From Macrostomum lignano (taxonomy: Eukaryota): a stretch of 64,000 nucleotides of DNA. Under the pieces are notes generated by a model, which ran no database searches, was not told the origin of the DNA, and worked only from the letters and a program-made list of their open reading frames with translations. Both the position numbers and the translations under genes were made by a program. Position 1 is the stretch's first letter. Every line of letters begins with the position of its first letter. Positions 49,201-63,510 of the stretch are shown here, in pieces. The stretch lies in assembly GCA_002269645.1 (NCBI GenBank), contig NIVC01000825.1, forward strand, positions 124,001 to 188,000. The letters are read 5' to 3'.

Positions 49201-50811
49201 ACTGGTCGAACCGGCCTGGGATCCAGTCAGGCAGGGCTCTGGTGCCGACTGTCTGCACTCGCTCACCGTCTGCAGTGACGATCCACAGTCCCAGCTGATC
49301 CATGAGGTCGCACCCCAGGATGTCAGATCCGGTATTGACCACGCTAAGGTTGACGTAAGGCACTACTTTGTCCTTGAGCTGCACCGAGGTCAGGATGTCA
49401 CCAAGCACGCCGATCTTGCTGCCGTTGAAAGCGACCAGCTTCCGTGATGACGCCTGCAGGGGCACGTTGGACAGAAGTCTATTGTACGTCGTCTTGGTGA
49501 TGATGGAGACTCGCGAACCGGAGTCAACGAGCAGCTTGACAGGCCTCCCGTTTAGCAGCACTTCGCAGTGCTTGCTTGCTGCCGCAGCTGTCGACACAGT
49601 GCAGATGGAGTACTCATCCTGAAGCTGTCGCACTCGGTTGCCGCTCCTGCAGACTCTGGCGAAGTGCCCGCGCTTGCCGCAGGACTTGCACTTCTGCCCC
49701 TTTGCTGGGCAGGTCTGTCCACCGACATGCGCCGCTGAGCCACAGTAGCCGCAGCTCCGGCCGTCGGTTGTCGACTTCAGTGCCTCATGCTGTCTTGCCA
49801 CTGCTCCACTGTTCTTGGCCTTGCTGATCTGCTGGACTCCACACGAGCTGTTTGGGTCTGTGTGGCTGCCTCCCTTGATGGCCTGGGCCTCCAGCAGTCC
49901 AGTTTCCAGTCGCTCCGCCAACTGCACAGCTGTCGCCAAGGTCAGCTCCGGCTCCATAAGCAGTCGCTCCCTGATGTGGTTGCTGAGCACTTTCTCGACG
50001 AGCTGGTCACGCAGCATCTCCTCCTGGAAGGTCTTGAAGTCGCAGTTCGAAGCCAGGTTTCGCAGCGCGGCAACGAAGTCGCTGATCTTTTCGCTCGGTC
50101 GCTGAGCTCTCTGTCGGAATCTGTGCCTCTCAGCAACTACGTTGACTTTGGGTCCGAAGTGCATGTCCAGGAGCTTCAGCGTGTCATCAACTGTTGATGG
50201 CGGTTGCTCTCCTTCCTCCTGATCGCTGCTGGCCTGTAGAGACATGTAGATGTTTTGTCCCTCTGCACCCAAACAGTGGATGAGCAACGCTTGTTTTCTT
50301 TGCTCCGGCAGATCGATGGCTCCCGATGCTAGCAGGTAATTGCTGAACATTGCTTTCCATCGGTTCCATTCAATCAGCGGTGCTCCAGCGGCTGGCAGAA
50401 ACGGCTGCGGTGGCGAAATGTTGACACTCATTCTGTTGGCTGCATCTCTGCTTGACTGTTGGGCTGCTGCTTGTTGGGACCCTCGCTGTGGGTCGCCCAT
50501 TGCACTTGCATTTGCGCCTTCTGTGCTGCTCATGACTTGGCAGATTTTAGAGTTCGCGCTTGTGCTGAATCACGCTGGCCCAAATCAATTGATTTCTCCG
50601 CGCGACGCCAAAATGTGGTGAGCGAGAGACAAGTCAGTCAGGTTTAGTCCAACAAACAAAATTCAAACCCTCACCCAAAGGGTGGAGCTATTCTTATATT
50701 TACTCGAGAACGCATGTACATATACAAACAGAGCGCGCATGTACAACGGATCCCTTGACCCCCAAACACCGACTAGCAAAACAACCCAGTGAGTAAACTC
50801 ACTTTACAACA
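46204..50811 (-). mobile_element. Full-length intact Ty3/Gypsy (Mag-like) retrotransposon (Gypsy-2), 5-bp TSD ATAAA
   Basis: Identical 198-bp LTRs (46204-46401, 50614-50811); PBS TGGCGTCGCGCGGAGAA; PPT AAGGAGGGTGAA; TSD at 46199-46203 and 50812-50816. Confidence 0.97.
46445..50533 (-). CDS. gag-pol: Gypsy-2 single gag-pol polyprotein, 1362 aa
   Basis: Tandem Cys/His knuckles, LVDSGS (PR), FIDD (RT), CDSS (RH), HQGH...CSAC, ID/TD/VE integrase triad; no stops. Confidence 0.95.
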   Translation of the reverse strand: MSSTEGANASAMGDPQRGSQQAAAQQSSRDAANRMSVNISPPQPFLPAAGAPLIEWNRWKAMFSNYLLASGAIDLPEQRKQALLIHCLGAEGQNIYMSLQASSDQEEGEQPPSTVDDTLKLLDMHFGPKVNVVAERHRFRQRAQRPSEKISDFVAALRNLASNCDFKTFQEEMLRDQLVEKVLSNHIRERLLMEPELTLATAVQLAERLETGLLEAQAIKGGSHTDPNSSCGVQQISKAKNSGAVARQHEALKSTTDGRSCGYCGSAAHVGGQTCPAKGQKCKSCGKRGHFARVCRSGNRVRQLQDEYSICTVSTAAAASKHCEVLLNGRPVKLLVDSGSRVSIITKTTYNRLLSNVPLQASSRKLVAFNGSKIGVLGDILTSVQLKDKVVPYVNLSVVNTGSDILGCDLMDQLGLWIVTADGERVQTVGTRALPDWIPGRFDQLTQGLGHIKGFQHRPRVNPAVQPTAQPLRRVPLSLRDSVQKEIDQLLQQGIIEEVDASDWVSNLVVVPKANGSIRICNDLRGPNKSIIPDRYPLPTFEELSAEFAGSRCFSKLDLNSSYLQLELSEDCRNLTTFVTERGLYRYRRVCFGLSSAPAAFQKVMAKILSGIKGAVHFIDDIVVHAASREEHDKRLFKVLQALMTHNVTINTAKCTWRQDKVNFLGYELSASGVRPLQSHVEAIEKVQPPTNTKEVAAFLGVVKYFGNFIPSLSSTAEPLMKLLRKDESWKWTSECQQAFEQLKTGVCKPPCLKFFDADQPIIVSCDSSASALGAMLLQQDSDGQWRPVAFASRTLSATERRYSASEREALACIFACERWNFFLYGRRFELHTDHQALTTLLSSSGSGHRPLRLHRWADRLLNYSFTVKYVPGAKNIVPDFLSRCQDTAEPTEGDETDGLEVQRVLLAEALTVVTEDELAEATSKDELLARVAEFTVSGWPDKKKLDERLLPYWSVRNELTVWSNGRCLAMGTRAVIPEELRQRVLDLAHQGHKGVSRTKHHCRDTAWWPKMDSDIERFVSSCSACIISEKSFKPHRTVLTPTKWPKEPWTELQIDLFGELHEGAPQNCRFILGVHDLHSKWPELVCLSSATSATIIKSLTALFCRWGIPRVITTDGGPQFISQEFNDFLKAYGINHRQTPFYHPQGNSGVERLNRVVKEGLKSHLQDGYSFLEAVQSILWAYRSTPHALTGVTPAELMLGRKITTPLWTLQPKRATREHPLADQIQERQRRQFKRLNRSRQPPRQFRVGDLVRVRSPRMRGKLQSHVSPPLRVSDIISPTIVRLEDGSRWHTSLCMPHAEPEGASTTSATAMPPQPPVAAEPAAPEGPTDPPPATVEADAELRRSTRLRAPPLWYGQVVTH

Positions 50812-51016
50812 ATAAATATATGCAATCGAAGCAAAGAGGCACGATCGTTGCTTCTAGATTCTTATATTTATAAGATTTAGTATCTTAGAAAAGTATCAAC
50901 TATTATGAGCAGCAGTAACGTATCTTACTTGACTTAGCTGCAGGGGGCTCCGTGCGTCCGGAAACAGCGAGGAGGCGTTGCCGCCCATTTCGCTAACCCC
51001 TGGCGACCACGGGCAG

Positions 51017-54719
<3,703 letters not shown>

Positions 54720-54720
<1 letters not shown>

Positions 54721-56230
54721 GAATTCCACGAGTGGTCCGCGCAGCTTCCTGCTGGCTCAAGGCGAGTTGTGCAGGAGAGCTGCCTCTTCTGCCTCGCCGA
54801 TAGCTCCAGGCTCCAGCTCCATGGGCTCCTCCCGGATGGATTCCATGGTCGAGGGCGAGGTCGCTACCTGGGCGGCATTCTCGCTCTCGGCCCGGTTTTC
54901 CGGGGGGGGGGGCCGCAGTGGTGACACTGGGCTGGGGGTGGCTGCGGTTGGGGGCCTTGGCGGTGTCCAGCAGCTGCTTCGCGCGCTGAGTCAGACCAGA
55001 GCGGATAGTGTTCCGGGCGGGTTTCCGGCCCTTTCCACGTCCGCCTGTTGCTGCAGCTTTCGCGGCTTTCCCTCTGACAGGGTCCACGTCCTCGGAGGGG
55101 TCGTGACGACCGGGAGCTTCTTTTCCTGGGCGTTTCCGCCCGGCAGAGCCCCCGACTGCCCGCTTACGCTTCTCCGGGGGCGGTGGGCGGGTGGCGTCAG
55201 ACTCAAAGCTAAAGAGCTGAATCTGCAACAGCCCGACAGAGATGATGGACATGTCCGGGTAGCGGAGCATCCAGCTATCCGACAGTCCAAGAATAGCCGT
55301 GAAACCGTCTCCGCCTGGCTTGGAGATGGTCTCGTGAACTACGACACCGTTGGCCGGTAGCTCCGGGTTGGAAGCCACTAGCAGGTGACGTAGCTCGTCT
55401 GCCTTGGTGATGCAGCTGCGAGCCGGGATCCAGGCACGGTGCCGGTGTGTCCGGGGTCGCTCGTCCTCCCTGTAGATGAACAGGTTCTCCAGCTCCGTAC
55501 CCCAGTCGAAGGTTTTCAGCAGCTCGAGGAGCTGCTGTCCTGACTGGCTGTCGGTGGGCTGGATATAGAGGGCTTGGTCCTCGACTTTCGTCTTTTGGAC
55601 TCGAATAGTAGTGCCGCTCAAGGCCATCTTGACCAGGTGGGAGTCCAACCTGCGCCAGATAAGGTCAAGCTGTTCGGCCGTAAGAGGCGTCTCCTGGCCT
55701 TGGATAACCAGGGCCGGCTGCCTTTTGGCCATAGCCGCGTAGGTTCGCTTCGGCTTTGTGGTTTGGCCAGCGCCCCCCGCTTTGGATCCCTCCACGGCCG
55801 TGGGAGCTTCCACACGGGCAGAGGTCCGGTCACGGGAGGGGCCAGCCGCACCAGGAGCTTCAGCGGCACCTGACGCATCAGACCGGCGCGCGGGGTCCAC
55901 GCCCTTGTCGGATGTCGGCTCCTCCGCGGGGTTCGCAGAGTTACCGGCACCCTCCTCAGAGGTGGCCGGAGGGGCGGCTTTCGCATTCCTCCGTTCCTCC
56001 GCTTTGCGCTGGAGAAAGGCTTTGTAGCGAGCAATGCTACGGGCCTTCTTTTTCGAAATCTGAGGTCCGCTGTCTTGTCCAGCCACTCCGGTATTATCCT
56101 GAGCGGCGGCAGCGGCAGATTGAGAGGCACCGGGGGTTCCGGTGTTGCGAATGTCCGGCTGGGCCGCGGTGCCAACCTCGGTTGGTGCTCCAGCAGCCTC
56201 GGACGTGTCGGAGGTAAATGAATACTCCAT
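54720..56230 (-). CDS. LINE ORF1 (as assembled, runs in frame into the APE start)
   Basis: ATG at 56230; basic low-complexity N-terminus, TYAAMAK motif, and a central domain similar in style to Loa-clade ORF1 (inference). Confidence 0.7.
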
Positions 56231-56699
56231 GAGTCGCTGAAAGGCGAGTGGGGACTAAAGGTGAGAAGCCGCTGGGCCGTAACCCCAAACCCAACAACCA
56301 GGCCAAGAGGTAGCGACCGGGGGGTGGCCCAGCCCCGTACCAGCCCGACCGCTAGCAACCGAGAAACTCCCCGGCTAAGAGCCCGGCTTGGAAAAACCAG
56401 AGGCCGAACCAAAGGACCAACAGCACGGTACTACACTGGGCCCTTGAGGGAAGCAGGAGGACTGCCTCCGGAGCCTGCGGACTGGCCGCATACCCTGTTA
56501 AGGTCAGAGGGTGGTACCTGTTCCTCAGAGCCATGGCCAGAGGTACCTGATACGCACAGGTGCACTTCCGGGCGGAGCCCGTACCCAACTTGGTCAAAAG
56601 GCCACGGATGGGTTGCCGCCGCCGGAGCCCAGTCAGTCCAGCAGCCCTAGAGCTGCCCTAGAGCAGCCCTAGGCCACGGATGGGTTGCCGCCGCCGGAG

Positions 56700-56895
56700 C
56701 CCAGTCAGTCCAGCAGCCCTAGAACACATGCGGGGCGTGAACCCCTGGGTCGGCTTGCGAGTCAGCTTGGAGAGAGTTCTCCTGCCATTCCTGCACCAGA
56801 ATAGAGGGGGTGCAGGTGTGTAGGATCGCAGACCTTAGCCCGTAGGCCTAATCTGTCTCATGCTACACAGGCGTGCTGTACCCGCCATTGCATGC
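56700..56895 (-). ncRNA. HDV-like (CPEB3-type) self-cleaving ribozyme at the LINE 5' end
   Basis: P1 GCAUGC/GCAUGU with G.U at position 1; P2 CCCAG/CUGGG; P3 GGG/CCC; L3 UUCACGC; J1/4 GU; P4 UCUAG/CUGGA; J4/2 CUGA. G1 is the element boundary defined by the TSD. Confidence 0.75.
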
Positions 56896-56929
56896 GCACT
56901 AACGTATCATTTAATTAACTCAACTGTCG

Positions 56930-57660
56930 AGAGGGCGCCCCAGCGACAACTGGACAAGCTCGTTGCTGTTGCGGCGAGTGTCGGCCTGGTGGTAAACACG
57001 CTGAAGACCGTCGTGCTCTGCGTGCCGGACGACATCGAGACTGCGATTTTGTGCCGAGGCACTGATGGACAGGCGACAGAGCTTCTGCGTTTTCCGCAGT
57101 TCGTCTACCTCAGCGGCTGGTTCCTGGCGTCCGCGAGGATTTGCGGCGTCGCCGCGGGCTTGCCTGGGCTGCCTTTCGTTCTGGGAGGGCAGTCCTGCAG
57201 TCAGAGGCCTTAGCTGACCGCCAAAGGGCGGCGTTGTTCCAGGCGGTGATCGAGACCGTCCTGCTATACAACGCCGAGACCTGGACGCTGACGGAGTCGC
57301 TCGAGCAGCAACTTGACGCGGCGAACGCTGGCCTGCTGCGCGCCGCCTTCATGCAAGCTCGGCTACGAGCGAGTGACCAACGCGGCTTTGTATCACCGCG
57401 CCGGCCTGGTCCGTACAAACGACCTGCTGCGCTGTTGGCGACTGCAGCTGGCAGGCCACATCATCCGCACCGAGTCGTACTGCAAATGCACAGAGCCGGT
57501 GCAGGATGCTGCTCCTAACTCTGCAGGCACCCTACCGGCGGGGGCAGTCGCGCAATCGGCGTTTCGTCGACTGCCTGCTGGCTGACGCCGGCTCTACGTA
57601 TTCTGCCGGTGGCGTGGCGTTCTTTCGCGACCTGGCCTTGAAGCGCGCCCCGTGACGCTA
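56930..57660 (+). pseudogene. 5'-truncated, frameshifted RTE-like LINE fragment (RT C-terminus)
   Basis: QRQLDKL...GLVVNTLKTVVL, FVYL, VLLYNAETWTLT, RLQLAGHIIR. Confidence 0.8.
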
Positions 57661-59050
57661 ACTGCGTAGTGTTGTATTTTGTCAGTTAATTAGTTTTCTG
57701 CACTTTTCAAAGTGTTTAACGTTTTACAAACAGTGTCATACATGTACACGTAAATCAGAACGGATGCGTACATAGTCAGTATGCATGTGGGCATGAAAAA
57801 AGACAGATCAAAAACTCAATAATCTTCGATAGTTGCAATGCTCTTGGCAATTTGGTGAACAACAGCCAAGAGCTTTTTGTTAAATAGCTTATTATTATAT
57901 CTATAGGTTCGCTTCGCTTTGACTTTTATTTAAAAAAAACATATTTAAGCATATTTTAACGTCTGATTAAAATAAATAAAAGTAAATTATTTATGCATTC
58001 GCGCTAGCCACTATATAGCCTATATTGTAGGCAAAGTAAAACTATAATTAAAAAGTTTAAATGTAATAATTATCGAATCGATGCTAGAACAGAAACATGT
58101 TTCCAATGTTTTAAAGGTTAATGCATCTGGTATACATGCTTATATGTGTGTGTGACGTGTGAATATTAGTAATTGACTCGATGCGAAGTGTGGGACCAAG
58201 TTGTTCCTATCAGCACATATAATATGTTCTCATTACACGAAGCGAGATAGATGTTAGGGGTTGCAATGTATCATCATATAACAAGACTGCGCAGGTCAGA
58301 ACAGGCTCTAAGGCGTGCATGCATGACAGCATGAGAATTAGCTAGAAATCAAGGGTGAGATGCTGCTTATAGCCGCCAGATTCGTAAGTCTACTTCAACA
58401 ACAAAGAATAAAGAATATGAAATACAATTAATTTTATATGAATATAACAGCGGACATACATGTAGAACTAATTTAAGGTCAGCATTTAAATAGTGACAGG
58501 AGCTAATAAAGCTTAAGAATTGAAATCTAGGTTGAACCAAGCCAGTTAGCCATGCGGCATGTATGCAATAGCAGACGGAGAACACATGAAAAATATAAAT
58601 CAATATAGCATTATGCGGCCTTCAGAGCGCTGGGCATCAGCTTGAAACCATTGGCGAATACAGACAGTTCCAGTTGTTATGTAAAATTATAACTATAAAG
58701 TTATTAGTGATTTTCGTATGCATAGCTATGAATTAGAATAACAAACAGAGCTTATACGAAGGCAAATAGTAAATAGAATGACGTCATAGTGGCCCGCCAA
58801 ATGCTTACCTCAACTTTATAAGCAAAAAAAATAAATGAGGAACTACATGTTTATTAAAGCTACTAATAAAGTCAGTAGTATGACAGGCAAAGTATGTGCA
58901 CAAAAAAACGGCATGCAAGAACAGACAGAGGACAGACAGGACAGTTAAGAGGCTATAGTACATATTATGCTTGCAATTTGCTGATGCCCGCCGCAGGGTC
59001 ATCGCCGCTCGTCAACACAAAAGGAGGGCAGATTAGTTAGCAGGTCAGGT

Positions 59051-59472
59051 CACGGATACAAAAATAACTGGATGGGCCACTCAGGCATATATACTTAGTA
59101 AAACAGCTTTCTACTTTCAGTTCAGTAGCAAGGAAGAATACATAAGCTATTTTATGATATAAAGACACATGAAATGACTTTGATAAGTTTAGAAGCCCAA
59201 GCTTGCAGGCGTAAACAGCTTGCTAATTTGGTTCAGCCATAATGTACATTAGCCAGTCCACTGAAATGTACATGGCAGCTTTAGGTTGGGACAGGTTCTG
59301 CGTTGAGTTTGAGGGTTTAAGCGATGGGGGTGTGGTGAGAGCCAATAAAATAAGCCTTGGCTTTAAAAATACATTAAAATGCTTCTGTTTAACTCACTAC
59401 TGAACTGAAAGTAGTTTGCATGCAAATGTTCTGAGTGGCCTATCTACTCATGTAGTTATTTTAGTATCTGTG
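59051..59472. mobile_element. hAT-type MITE copy 2, same family as 30189-30603
   Basis: CACGGATAC...ATCTGTG termini; flanks GGTCAGGT / GGCCAGCT match at 6/8; extensive internal similarity to copy 1. Confidence 0.8.
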
Positions 59473-60127
59473 GGCCAGCTAGGTGAGAGGAGCTGAAAGC
59501 AAGAGAGAGGGGAAGGTATGCAGATCAGAATGTGAGCAGCCCCCAGTCCAAAATTTGACTCGCGCTGAACATTCAGAAAACAGATGAGCTGTAAGTGAAA
59601 TGCAGCGAAAGGGTACACAAATATAAAATTGCATATATAGACTAGGAGCCAGACAACAGAGATATGACTTTTGTATAAAAAAAAGCGCAACATCATTCTA
59701 AAATATCGTCGGTTGTGTTGGTTTTTCGTTTAAAAAATGTGCGAAAGCAAAAATAACAGCAAGTATAAGGATAGATTGAAAATAAAATAAAACACAGACT
59801 AGAATTGATAAAACTTAGTGCAAACTAATTTTTAAATAGAAATTTCACACAGATAAGACGAAGAAGAGAAAACAGTACTAAGCTATGTTTTGATAGCCTG
59901 ATGAAGCAGAGTCTGCAGTCAGTAGATGCTCAAGGACTGACTACACTAAAGCCCGTCAAAAGCTTAATGCCCATGCAGTGAAACAACTAACAGCTTGCAT
60001 GCTGAGAGACAGATATGAGGCTAAAATGAAAACATATCGAGTCGCTACGCCACATAATACATAACTATATTTAAATCTGTAGTTTTAAACACAGTCGCTA
60101 TAATGTTTAGTTGATTAGCATTTGAGT

Positions 60128-60366
60128 TCACGGCAGCGGGACCAGAACCTCAACGTAGTTGACAGGGAAGTAGCCCCTGCGGCCGTGAGCCTCGCCCTCG
60201 TACCAGTTCTCGTCCACCTGGGCCAGCAGGGCGATCGTGTCGCCCTCTTCGAATGGCAGCTCGGTGCTGTTCTCGGCCGAGAATGAGTACAGAGCCCGGC
60301 AGCTGGGCGTGGAGCCGCCGCCGGCCGACTCTGCGCGAGGATGGGAGGGGGGGGGGCAAGCAGGCG
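60128..60366 (-). CDS. SH3GL: Endophilin A terminal exon (SH3 domain); exact acceptor uncertain (60366 or 60398)
   Basis: [36 protein letters not shown]...[15 protein letters not shown] is a C-terminal endophilin-A-type SH3. Confidence 0.88.
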
Positions 60367-60524
60367 CTGGAGAAGCTGCTGAGTGCTGCTTATTCAGTCT
60401 GCAGTTAGGCACAGTCCAGGTGTCAGTCTTATTGCTATTGGCAATTGTGGGAGAATTGACCAAGACTGCCTGCCGTGAGGAAGTAGCGATCGAGAGAAAA
60501 AAGGCAGTACAGTAGTTGATGAGA

Positions 60525-61122
60525 TCAAAAGGTAGTTGAGGCGATCAAAAGGTAGTTGAGGCGATCAGAAGGTAGTTGAGGCAATCAGAAGATAGTTGAG
60601 GCAATCAGAAGGTAGTTAAGGCAATAGGAGGGTAGTTAAGGCAATAGGAGGGTAGTTGAGGCAATCAGAAGATAGTTGAGGCAATCAGAAGGTAGTTAAG
60701 GCAATAGGAGGGTAGTTAAGGCAATAGGAGGGTAGTTGAGGCAATCAGAAGATAGTTGAGGCAATCAGAAGGTAGTTGAGGCAATCAGAAGGTAGTTGAG
60801 GCAACCAGAAGGTTGTTGAGACAATCAGAAGGTAGTTGAGGCAATCAGAAGGTAGTCGAGGCAATCAGAAGGTAGTTGAGGCAATCAGAAGGTAGTTGAG
60901 GCAATCAGAAGGTAGTTGAGGCAATCAGAAGGTAGTTGAGGCAATCAGAAGGTAGTTGAGGCAATCAGAAGGTAGTTGAGGCAATCAGAAGGTAGTTGAG
61001 GCAATCAGAAGGTAGTTGAGGCAATCAGAAGGTAGTTGAGGCAATCAGAAAGTAGTTAAGGCAATCGGAGGGTTGTTGAGGCAATAGGAGGGTAGTTGAG
61101 GCAATCAGAAGGTAGTTGAGGA
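60525..61122. repeat. Intronic minisatellite, 20 bp unit x ~30 (GGTAGTTGAGGCAATCAGAA)
   Basis: Tandem copies. Confidence 0.95.
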
Positions 61123-61507
61123 GATGAGAAAGCAAAGAGACTGTGCACTGAACGCAAAGATCTACATCTTAAAGCAACTATGTGAATGCATGAGTTGTTG
61201 CTAAATAAACACATTAGCAGCCTCTCGAACAGAAGAGGTGTTCCAGGCGTGTACGCGATGGTGAGGACAATTTCCATTGGAATTGTCATAAACAAGTAAA
61301 TAAATAAATGCCCGGTGCTGGGTGTAAATAGAAAATAAATAGCTGCTGGGAATTCCCGCATGCAAAATGTGTCTTAAAGAGTCTACTCGAGTCACCGATA
61401 TGTTTAGAAAGAAGTTTAGATTTAGCTAAAGAACTAGACGGTTGGCAGGTCGATAAAGAATAAGATTTGCAGCCAGCCAGTCACCGGGGGAGGGTCTTAT
61501 TGGTTAC

Positions 61508-61555
61508 CGTGGCCGGCCTCGAACTCATCATTGCCGCCATTGGACTTCCATTTGT
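61508..61555 (-). CDS. SH3GL: Candidate 48-nt endophilin microexon (NKWKSNGGNDEFEAGH)
   Basis: TAG acceptor and G/GTAACC donor; phase 1/1; GC-rich island within the intron. Confidence 0.4.
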
Positions 61556-61962
61556 CTATATGTTTAATAATTTGGCGGAGGGGGGCGGGTGACAGCAGGG
61601 AATATGCGTCAGTTTATTAGTAGCATGAATGGCGTTTTTTACTTGAATTTGTTATTTGGCAAAGAAACTGTGTTCTGCAGTTTATTCAGGGAGTTAGATA
61701 AGTACTTTATATGCTAAATTAAAGCAAACATTATCTTCAATTAAGATAAGGAAACTGACATTGAAATATCAAAATTAACACAGCTATGGAATTTATGAGC
61801 AAAATGCTTCGATGCACCTATAAATAGATGAGTAATTTAATTTGAGCCAATTTGAGTAAATTTGAAGGCAAAATTAAGCAAAGAAATGCAGGAAAATTAT
61901 GAATACAATACAATGGCGGGGAAGAAAAACAGTGCCAATTTTATGATGAATACAATGAAACT

Positions 61963-62375
61963 GAGTGACAATGACAGTGAGTGACAATGACAGTGAGTGA
62001 CAATGACAGTGAGTGACAATGACAGTTAGTGACAATGACAGTGAGTGACAATGACAGTGAGTGACAATGACAGTGAGTGACAATGACAGTGAGTGACAAT
62101 GACAGTGAGTGACAATGACAGTGAGTGACAATGACAGTGAGTGACAATGACATTGAGTGACAATGACATTGAGTGACAATGACAGTGAGTGACAATGACA
62201 GTGAGTGACAATGACATTGAGTGACAATGACAGTGAGTGACAATGACAGTGAGTGACAATGACAGTGAGTGACAATGACAGTGAGTGACAATGACATTGA
62301 GTGACAATGACAGTGAGTGACAATGACAGTGAGTGACAATGACAGTGAGTGACAATGACAGTGAGTGACAATGCT
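61963..62375. repeat. Intronic minisatellite, 16 bp unit x ~26 (GACAGTGAGTGACAAT)
   Basis: Tandem copies. Confidence 0.95.
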
Positions 62376-62644
62376 AGTGAGACTGAAATTTAGTGTGAGA
62401 GTGATATTGAAATTCAGAATTTCGAGTGACAATAGTCGAGATGTTTGAGTGACAATTGGTGTGAGTGTGAAAATGGCAGTAAGAGTGACAATAGCACTAA
62501 GTGTGACCAAATGAGTGACATTGAGAGTGAAAATAGAACTGAACAAATCAAATCAACCTTCAAAACCTAGAGTTGGCGGAAGCAAAAGTCATTGTCGGGA
62601 ATTAGGCAAGGTAATAAATAATAAGTGAAGAGCATTCAACTCAC

Positions 62645-62826
62645 TCAGCGGTGTTGTGGCCCCCTGCTGATGGTGATTCTCCTGGTTGTCCGAGCGCCAA
62701 GAATTGGCCGAGTGCTGCTGCTGCGGAGACGGCAGGTGGTCGCGGCTCAGGCTGGAATTGTTGCCAGCGCCTGTCCGCTTCGTAGGCACGTACTCCGTCT
62801 TGGGCCGCTCGGCTGCCTCTCTGCGC
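62645..62826 (-). CDS. SH3GL: Endophilin A exon (BAR tail and linker)
   Basis: RREAAERPKTEYVPTKR resembles the post-BAR segment; CCGCAG acceptor and GTGAGT donor. Confidence 0.7.
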
Positions 62827-63033
62827 CTGCGGCGGGTTGATCACGGCGGATGCAGGGGTGTGGATTCAGAAGCCTTATGACTTAGATTCTCGCTTAATTT
62901 TTAGCGCGGAAATAAAAATCGGATATAATAACCTCGCTACTCTACTTACTAGTAGACTAGTAGAGTAGTGCGAGTGTCAATAAAATTCACAAAAGTTTAG
63001 GTATAAAGTTCTTGCCTGTACAACTGAATGACA

Positions 63034-63510
63034 ATTAGCAATCCATTCTATTCCTTCATCCGGAATTGGCTAGATTAGCAATCCATTCTATTCCTTCATC
63101 CGTGTTTAGCTAGATTAGCAATCCATTCTATTCCTGCATCCGTGTTTGGCTAGATTAGCAATCCATTCTATTCCTGCATCCGTGTTTGGCTAGATTAGCA
63201 ATCCATTCTATTCCTGCATCCGTGATTGGCTAGATTAGCAATCCATTCTATTCCTGCATCCGTGTTTGGCTAGATTAGCAATCCATTCTATTCCTGCATC
63301 CGTGTTTGGCTAGATTAGCAATCCATTCTATTCCTGCATCCGTGTTTGGCTAGATTAGCAATCCATTCTATTCCTGCATCCGTGTTTGGCTAGATTAGCA
63401 ATCCATTCTATTCCTGCATCCGTGTTTGGCTAGATTAGCAATCCATTCTATTCCTGCATCCGTGTTTGGCTAGATTAGCAATCCATTCTATTCCTGCATC
63501 CGTGATTGGC
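63034..63510. repeat. Minisatellite, 40 bp unit x ~12 (ATTAGCAATCCATTCTATTCCTGCATCCGTGTTTGGCTAG)
   Basis: Near-identical tandem copies. Confidence 0.95.

Noticed and set aside
59898-59930. CTGATGA hammerhead core motif
   Set aside because: No stem II followed by GAAA and no closing NUH arrangement
61874-62546. His/Cys-rich repetitive ORFs (VTHCHCHSLSLSL)
   Set aside because: Translation of the 16-bp intronic repeat
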